In this document: positions 53,564 through 61,100 of the stretch, one piece after another
Position numbering within the stretch: position 1 is the first letter of the stretch
Layout: every line of letters begins with the position of its first letter
IMG/VR virus record: IMGVR_UViG_3300020731_000015
Span: 11,271 to 75,270 of that record
Strand: one strand, 5' to 3'
Source of the DNA: a virus
Length of the DNA: 64,000 nt
The notes under the pieces: model-generated
Told to the model about the DNA's origin: nothing
What the model saw: the letters and a program-made list of their open reading frames with translations, nothing else
Databases searched by the model: none
Position numbers and translations under genes: made by a program

Positions 53564-54565
53564 ATGGCACAGCCCAACGTAAACAACGTTCACATCGACG
53601 CAATCTTGACCAACATCTCGGTTGCTTACTTGCAGAACACCAACAACTTCATCGCTGACCGGGTTTTCCCAGTTGTCCCAGTGGACAAGAAGTCTGACTT
53701 GTACTTCAAGTACACCAAGGAAGACTGGTTCCGTGACGAAGCACAGCGCCGCGCTGACGGAACCGCCTCGGCTGGTTCTGGCTACGGTCTGCAGACGGAA
53801 ACCTACTCGGCCGACGTCTACGCCTTCCACAAGGACATTGGCGACCAGACCCGTGCGAACGCCGACAACCCCTTGAACCCCGATATGGAGGCGACTCAGT
53901 TCGTGACCCAGCGTTTGCTGCTCCGTAAGGAAGTTCAGTGGGCTTCGGACTACTTCGCCGCCGGCGTTTGGTCAGTGACCGTGACCGGAACCACCGCTAC
54001 TGCTGTTGCAGGAACCGTTTGGTCCGACTACGTGAACAACCCAACTTCATACACCTCTGACCCAATCTCGCAGGTTGAGAACGCTAAGGCGTCAGTTCTG
54101 CAGACGACCGGATACGAGCCAAACACTTTCGTTCTTGGCTACAAGGTATTCCAGACTCTTAAGAACCACCCTCTCTTGATTGACCGCTACAAGTACACCC
54201 AAGCCGGTGCTATTGTCACCGAAGAGTTGCTCGCGCAACTGTTTGGCGTGGACCGTGTTCTTGTCGCTAAGGCAGTCGTAAACGCAGGCCCAGAAGGCTC
54301 GAACAGCCCCACCAACGACTCATTCTCGTTCGTGACCGGCAACTCGGCTCTTCTGTGCTACTCCGCACCTAACCCCGGTTTGCTGACCCCTTCGGCTGGC
54401 TATACCTTTATGTGGACTGGTGTTTCGGGTGGCCTCGGAACGACCGTTGGTGTTTCACGCTTCCGTATGGAAGAGTTGAAGGCCGACCGTGTTGAGGGCG
54501 AACTCGCTTTCGACAACAAGGTTGTTGCTGCCGACCTCGGCTACTTCTGGAACAGCATTATCTAA
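53564..54565 (+). CDS. Major capsid protein
   Basis: HIDAILTNISVAY, FIADRVFPVVPV, SDPI, G.EPNT.VLG, LKNHP. Confidence 0.88.
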   Translation: MAQPNVNNVHIDAILTNISVAYLQNTNNFIADRVFPVVPVDKKSDLYFKYTKEDWFRDEAQRRADGTASAGSGYGLQTETYSADVYAFHKDIGDQTRANADNPLNPDMEATQFVTQRLLLRKEVQWASDYFAAGVWSVTVTGTTATAVAGTVWSDYVNNPTSYTSDPISQVENAKASVLQTTGYEPNTFVLGYKVFQTLKNHPLLIDRYKYTQAGAIVTEELLAQLFGVDRVLVAKAVVNAGPEGSNSPTNDSFSFVTGNSALLCYSAPNPGLLTPSAGYTFMWTGVSGGLGTTVGVSRFRMEELKADRVEGELAFDNKVVAADLGYFWNSII

Positions 54566-54586
54566 GTTCCAGCAGTTCCATAGCGA

Positions 54587-54616
54587 GAGCCCCTCACCGA
54601 AAGGTGGGGGGTTTTT
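54587..54616 (+). terminator. Intrinsic terminator after the capsid gene
   Basis: CCCCTCACC-GAAA-GGTGGGGGG-TTTTT. Confidence 0.85.
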
Positions 54617-54681
54617 GCTTTCTATGGTGATTTTTCCAAACTGGCTATACAAGGCTACAAATAGGGTGGTATCATCTCTTT

Positions 54682-55101
54682 ATGGCATCTAAGCGATACA
54701 CACACAGAGTTATTCGTGGCTTTCCATTGGATGGGGTCACGCTTGAGCGCGGTCAACTCGTTTCTTCAGACGACTGGACTTGGCAAGGCAAGATTTATGT
54801 AGAGGCTCGTGGCTGGGTTGAGAAACTAGAGCCTAAAGTCGTAGCCCACTATGCGGCACTAGCCGAGCAAGAGGCCGCTGAAATCGCTAAGGCAGTAGTT
54901 GAGAAGACGGAAGAGATTGTCCAAGATGTCGTTGAGGCTATTTCTCCTAAGCCGACAGTAAAAAAGGCTCAAGGCAAGACTCTAGAGGCTGCTGAAAAGA
55001 CTACGCCCGTGAAGAAGTCTGGCCCAGCCAAGAAATCCACTACGGCCAAGAAGAAGACTTCTCCGACCAAAATCGCGCCCAAAAAAACGAGCGAAAAGTA
55101 G
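54682..55101 (+). CDS. Hypothetical protein with a Lys-rich tail
   Basis: Follows the capsid gene; repeated KK motifs at the C-terminus. Confidence 0.6.
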   Translation: MASKRYTHRVIRGFPLDGVTLERGQLVSSDDWTWQGKIYVEARGWVEKLEPKVVAHYAALAEQEAAEIAKAVVEKTEEIVQDVVEAISPKPTVKKAQGKTLEAAEKTTPVKKSGPAKKSTTAKKKTSPTKIAPKKTSEK

Positions 55102-55136
55102 TTCTTTTTTACGAGAAGTGGTGATACCATTTCTCT

Positions 55137-55388
55137 ATGTCACTCAAAGAAGCAGAGAAGCGTCTGTCGGAGCGCACCTGTCGTTTTGTGGATTTTATTG
55201 ATTCACTAGACAAATCCGATAAAGAAACTATTGCAAAATGGTTTGAGGAACGCAAGCCCGTTGGTTGGATTGCTCGTGTTGCGACTGCTGATGGCAAGCG
55301 CACCAACGACAAGACTCTAGGTAGCCACCTAAAGGGTCAATGCCACTGCCCAGCAGGAACAGAGTTCAAGGGGCTTTATGTCGTTTGA
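55137..55388 (+). CDS. Small Cys/His protein
   Basis: C...H.KG.C.C, adjacent to the phosphoesterase gene. Confidence 0.6.
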   Translation: MSLKEAEKRLSERTCRFVDFIDSLDKSDKETIAKWFEERKPVGWIARVATADGKRTNDKTLGSHLKGQCHCPAGTEFKGLYVV

Positions 55389-56619
55389 GTCTGCTGAAAA
55401 GGAAGCCGAAAGGCGTGAGGCCGCTCGCCGTGCTTCTGTAGCAAAAGGTTATGAGCGAGAGATTCGTTGGGATGGCGAGAAAGGCTACATAGATAGCCCA
55501 CCAACCGAAGCAGAACCCGACCAAGCACTTTGGGATATGGTGATTGAGGATTGGGGCTTAGACCCAAACCTAACCGAAATCGTTGATGGTTCTGTCCATA
55601 TTAGAGCGTGGGATACCAATATAGGCAACGGCGAAATCGCCAAGATGCGCTACTACCGAGCACAGATTAGGCGTCGTGGTGAAAAGGGCGACAGAGCCGA
55701 TATTGAGGCTCTCTGTAAAGAGATTATGAAACGCCCCGCTGTCAAGAAGCCGAAGAAAAAGGCGACCAAAGATGCGCGCGCTTTTATGGCGTTTTTTTCT
55801 GACTGGCAGATAGGAAAATCGGAAGGGGGCGGTAGTGAAGCAACGGCCGCTCGTATCATCACTTCTCAAGATGAATCTATCGAGCGTATTCGTGAACTAA
55901 TCACCATCGGTCGTGCGCCATCCGTTATCTATTGCTGCGGAATGGGAGATTTAGTAGAAAATTGCTCGAACCACTATGCGATGCAGACTTTCTCCGTTGA
56001 TTTAGATTCGCGCGAACAGCAGAAAGTTGCTCGGCGTTTGATTCTTCGTTTCGTGGAACTCTGTGTTGAGAACTTCCCAGAGATTCCTCTCGTTGTTGCC
56101 GCCGTGCCGGGAAACCACGGAGAGAATAGGCTCAATGGGAAGGCTTATACAACTTGGACAGATAATATGGATTTGGCCGTCTTCGAGGGCGTCGCTGAAA
56201 TCTGTGCCGCAAACCCAAGTCGTTTTGGAAATGTATCGTTCCCACAATTCGAGGGTTTGATTGAAGAAGACCTGACTATGACCCTCAATGTGTGTGGCAA
56301 GTTGGTCACTCTGGCTCACGGACACCAGTTCGGTAAGGGTTCGGGTGGCGGAACTATCGCCAAGATTGAGTCGTGGATTCTGGGTCAGATTAGAGGCCGC
56401 ACAAAGGCTGCTGAATCGGATATCTATGTCAGCGGCCACTTCCACCACTACATAGCATCAGAGGGAACAGGTCGCACTTGCTTCCAATGCCCTGCTCAAG
56501 ACGGTGGCTCTAAGTGGTTTACGGATACAAGCGGTAAGGGTTCTCCTGCCGGTATGTTGACTTTCTGTGTTGGCGACGCTTATGGCAAGCGTGGCTGGGG
56601 CGACTTGCTGATTATCTGA
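55378..56619 (+). CDS. Calcineurin-like metallophosphoesterase
   Basis: SDWQIGK, GDLVE, PGNHGE, AHGH, GHFHH. Confidence 0.85.
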   Translation: MSFESAEKEAERREAARRASVAKGYEREIRWDGEKGYIDSPPTEAEPDQALWDMVIEDWGLDPNLTEIVDGSVHIRAWDTNIGNGEIAKMRYYRAQIRRRGEKGDRADIEALCKEIMKRPAVKKPKKKATKDARAFMAFFSDWQIGKSEGGGSEATAARIITSQDESIERIRELITIGRAPSVIYCCGMGDLVENCSNHYAMQTFSVDLDSREQQKVARRLILRFVELCVENFPEIPLVVAAVPGNHGENRLNGKAYTTWTDNMDLAVFEGVAEICAANPSRFGNVSFPQFEGLIEEDLTMTLNVCGKLVTLAHGHQFGKGSGGGTIAKIESWILGQIRGRTKAAESDIYVSGHFHHYIASEGTGRTCFQCPAQDGGSKWFTDTSGKGSPAGMLTFCVGDAYGKRGWGDLLII

Positions 56620-57002
56620 TGAAGTTCTACCTTGCTGGCCCAATGACGGGTCTTCCCGAACACAACTACCCTGCTTTTGCCGAGGCGCGCGAGCGTATCC
56701 GTAAAGAGGGTCACGAAATCTTCTGCCCTGCTGAACACGCCTTATTAGAGGGCTACGAGCCAACGACACCCGTGACGAAAGAGTGGGTTCAGGACAAGAT
56801 GCGAGTCTTTCTTTCCACCATCCTTGATTCTGATGGAATCGTTGTATTGCCCGGTTGGGCTCGCTCGGAAGGTGCGAAAGTAGAGGTTGCTACGGCTGTG
56901 GCGACTGGAAAGAAAATCTTTCAGTATCACAAGCATCGCCCTATCTCCCTAGAGGAACTCAACGGAGTTCAGATTGTCACTCGTGCCGAGGTGCTGAAAT
57001 GA
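56619..57002 (+). CDS. DUF4406 / nucleoside 2-deoxyribosyltransferase-like protein
   Basis: YLAGPMTG...NYPAF...LPGWARSEGAKVE. Confidence 0.85.
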   Translation: MKFYLAGPMTGLPEHNYPAFAEARERIRKEGHEIFCPAEHALLEGYEPTTPVTKEWVQDKMRVFLSTILDSDGIVVLPGWARSEGAKVEVATAVATGKKIFQYHKHRPISLEELNGVQIVTRAEVLK

Positions 57003-57517
57003 ACGAGATAGAAATCGATTGGACAGACGGCGTGGAGAGCGAAGCGTGGTTCGACCCCAATAACCCTTGGACACCACTACCCGGCGTTCGCACAGGCTCG
57101 GAACTAACTCGTGGCGAAAAGGCCGCTGATGCCGTTAGAAACAAGATGGGTTCGTGGGGCTTTGTGACCCTATTCGTTATCTTTATGCTGATATGGGCCG
57201 GAGTCAATATCTTCTGGCTCAACAACAAGGGATTTGACCCCTATCCGTTTATCCTGCTCAACCTATTCCTTTCTATGTTGGCGGGCTTACAAGGGGCAAT
57301 CCTGCTGATTGCGGCCAAACGAGCAGATGCCGTAGCCGCCGAGCAAGCCCTTTCTCACCTCACTATTTCCAAAACAAGCAGCGAGATTATTCGGCGTTTG
57401 GAAAAGGAACTCAAGGCAAATACAGAGGCTACAAAAGCCATTCACGAAGTCGTGGCTGAACTACACTCTCTACTAAATAGAGCAAAGGCTACAGATGACC
57501 CAAAACCAGAGGCTTAG
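56999..57517 (+). CDS. DUF1003 membrane protein
   Basis: ADAV...MGSW.F...FDPYPFILLNLFLSMLA.LQ. Confidence 0.85.
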   Translation: MNEIEIDWTDGVESEAWFDPNNPWTPLPGVRTGSELTRGEKAADAVRNKMGSWGFVTLFVIFMLIWAGVNIFWLNNKGFDPYPFILLNLFLSMLAGLQGAILLIAAKRADAVAAEQALSHLTISKTSSEIIRRLEKELKANTEATKAIHEVVAELHSLLNRAKATDDPKPEA

Positions 57518-57663
57518 AAGCGTTATGAATCACCCTAGTTTTAAGGAACTCACGCCCCGACTCGTATCGGTTTATGGCAAGGTCAAGAATGTGGCTACCA
57601 CGCTAGATGACTCCGAGAGTTATGTCGTAAAGGGCTGCGACTGCGATGATTGCGAGTGCTGAA

Positions 57664-58134
57664 ATGTTTAGCCTAAGACACTACCCAGATGCCGTTCTTG
57701 CTCTAGAGGCTAGAGAAGTCACGGATATTGACAAGGGTATTGTCCTGCTTGCTCAAACTATGGCCGAGGTGATGTATGCCAATAACGGCGTAGGTCTGGC
57801 GGCCAACCAGATTGGTATCACGAAGCGTGTCTTTGTCTATGACGAGGAACTATCGGGGAACTACTCGGTGGTCGTAAATCCCAAACTATCCCTCGGTGCT
57901 GAAATGGCTTTGGGTCTAGAGGGCTGTCTATCCGTTCCCAACAATCGTTCCCACGTAGAGCGCGCCATAAGTTGCCACCTCACGGGTTTGGACTTAAACG
58001 GAAACGACATAGAGATTGAGGCGACTGGTTTGCTGGCTCGAATCTTTCAGCACGAAGTTGACCATCTCAACGGTTTGCTAATTATCGATAGGGCGCAAGG
58101 CACAGATAGCCTTAAGGCTCGCTACGGTTTCTAA
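57664..58134 (+). CDS. def: Peptide deformylase
   Basis: GVGLAANQIG, EGCLSVP, QHEVDHLNG. Confidence 0.93.
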   Translation: MFSLRHYPDAVLALEAREVTDIDKGIVLLAQTMAEVMYANNGVGLAANQIGITKRVFVYDEELSGNYSVVVNPKLSLGAEMALGLEGCLSVPNNRSHVERAISCHLTGLDLNGNDIEIEATGLLARIFQHEVDHLNGLLIIDRAQGTDSLKARYGF

Positions 58135-58171
58135 CCCCTAGATTTTCCAAATCAGGGCGTAGAATGTCGCT

Positions 58172-61100
58172 ATGGCCTACCCCTCTGCGACATCCAAACG
58201 CTCGGTTCCCGGTTCGGCAAAGCCTACATACATAACCACGAGCCTCTCTAGTTCCTACGCAGAAACAACTTTTACGCTCTTTTCAGCAACTAGTTGGCTA
58301 GAAGTAGGCACGAACGGCCAAGACACTAGCAATCCTTTGGGAACTAGCGGCGTTTTTACGGTCGTCGTGGACTTTGGATTATCCACCGAAGAGCACATTC
58401 TCTGCTCGGCGGTCAACCCCTCAACTGGCGTAGTCACGATTTGGACAGACGGAACGCTCAACGGTCGTGGCTGGGATGGCACTCCTATTTCAGCACACGC
58501 CCCAAACGGCGGCATCAACAACTGCTTCCCATTCGTAGGTGGAACAGACTTCTCGGCTATCACTAGCGTTATCTCTACCCTTTTCCCGAACGGCGGAACG
58601 AGTCAGGCCTACAACTACTCATCAGTCACCCCGACCTCAAACCCCACTCTTACTGGTCAATACAACCAAGTAAATCCCACCGCTTCGGGTCAATCGGTCA
58701 CACTTCCACCTATTGCTGCGACCGGTCAATTTATCTATATTGACAACAACAGTTCTTCGTATTCTCTTGCTGTTTATCCAAACCTTTCCACGCAGACTAT
58801 TGACTTAGGCACGGCTGGCTCACCTATCTTCCTAGCCCCAAACGCATATTGGCTCGGAGTCGTTGAGGCCACAGGTTCAGCAGGCAACTGGGTATCGGTT
58901 ATCCAATCGATGCAAGGTTCAGACCCGATTAGCGTTTCATATGGACACGGAACACTTACCTTTGCCCTTACTGGTATCGTGCCGACTTCCAATGGTGGAA
59001 CTGGTCTAAGTTCTATCGGAACAGCAGGCCAAGCACTCGTTGTAAATAACGCGGGAACGGCGCTCACCTACACAACCGTTGTCGGTCAGCAGGGATATCA
59101 GGGTTCGCAAGGATTTCAGGGAACGCAAGGTAGCACCGGGTCACAGGGAACGACAGGAAGCACTGGCCCTAAAGGTGATACCGGCCCACAAGGACCACAG
59201 GGCTATCAGGGGTCACAGGGAAGTCAAGGCGCTACTGGAACTCAAGGCTTTCAGGGCAATCAAGGCTTTCAGGGTCAAACTGGCAGTCAAGGAAGCACGG
59301 GCTCGCAGGGAAGTCAAGGTTTTCAGGGTCAGACCGGAAGCCAAGGCAATCAGGGAAATCAAGGTTTTCAGGGAACGCAAGGACAGACAGGCTCCCAAGG
59401 TTCTACAGGTTCGCAGGGGTCGCAAGGTTTTCAGGGTAATCAAGGACAGGTTGGTAGTCAGGGAAGTCAGGGCTATCAAGGAAACCAAGGTGTTCAGGGT
59501 CTAAACCTCTCGTTTAAGGGCGATTACAGTTCGTCTTACGCCTACTACCACATTGGCGATGTCGTCACCTACCTCGGCTCTAGTTATGTTTGCTACGCAG
59601 GTAGCGGACTACAGAACATTCCACCAACCAATACTGCCTATTGGCAGTTGATAGCACAAGTCGGCAGTCAGGGCAACCAAGGCTTTCAAGGCAATCAAGG
59701 CAACCAAGGTGTTGCTGGAACTCAGGGTAATCAGGGGTTTCAGGGAAATCAGGGTTCAGTTGGTAGCCAAGGTAATCAAGGGTATCAAGGTCAAACCGGC
59801 GCACAAGGTTTTCAGGGGAATCAGGGGAACACCGGTGCTACGGGTTCACAGGGAAATCAGGGCTACCAAGGTACGCAAGGTCAAACAGGTAGTCAAGGCA
59901 GTCAAGGTAATCAGGGATACCAAGGTGTAATCGGTGCGACTGGTGCGCAAGGTGCTGTCGGGTCACAAGGCAGTCAGGGATACCAAGGCAACCAAGGTAA
60001 TCAGGGCACGACAGGCGCACAGGGGTCACAGGGATACCAAGGTTCCACCGGAAGTCAAGGTGCGACAGGTTCTCAGGGCGCACAAGGCTATCAAGGTAGT
60101 CAAGGAACAGCAGGAACAAATGGCGCACAAGGAGCGCAGGGTTTCCAAGGTTCCACGGGTAGCCAAGGGGCGCAAGGTTATCAAGGTGCTACGGGTAGTC
60201 AAGGCTCTACGGGAGCGCAAGGCTCAACAGGTGCTACAGGCTCTCAGGGTAGTCAGGGTTCGCAGGGCTTCCAAGGAAATCAAGGAACGCAAGGCTCAAC
60301 GGGTAGTCAGGGAACACAAGGCTCTACAGGCTCACAAGGAACGCAAGGCAATCAGGGTTTCCAAGGTTCTACCGGCTCACAAGGTAGCCAAGGCTTTCAG
60401 GGCAACACAGGTTCGCAGGGAAGTCAAGGTAGTCAAGGAACGCAGGGTGTTCAAGGGTCTACGGGCGCACAGGGAAGCACTGGCGCACAAGGTTCTACAG
60501 GCTCACAGGGAAGTCAAGGCTTCCAAGGAGCAATAGGCTCGCAGGGTTCAACTGGTTCCCAAGGTGCGACTGGTTCCCAAGGAGCACAAGGTTATCAAGG
60601 TAATCAAGGAACGCAGGGCGCTACTAGCACCGCCAACGCTCACCCAGCAGTAAAGGTCGTCTATACCAACAACTTGCCCGCAACTTATGCGGCAGGTTCG
60701 GCGGATGCTGAAAACGGAACAGGTGTCGGTGCGACTATCACAGCAACGGCTAACGGTGCTTTGGGCGCTATTGATAGCGTGAGCCTCTCGGTTGGAGACA
60801 GAATCCTCTTTACAGGCCGCACAAACAATATCGAAAACGGAATCTACACGGTCACTAGCCTCGGTTCGCCAACAAGCAAGTATTCATTCACTCGTGCCAC
60901 CGACTATGACAACCACATAGCCCTACAGGTGATTAGCGGCGACTACTCCTTTATTACAAACGGAACGCTTTACGGAAACACCACTTGGGTTCAGTATGGC
61001 AACGGCTCAAACCCAGACGCCTCTATTCGTATCGGGACCGATGCAATCACTTTTACCGAAACCGCAGGTATAGGTGCGCAGGGATATCAGGGAGTTCAGG

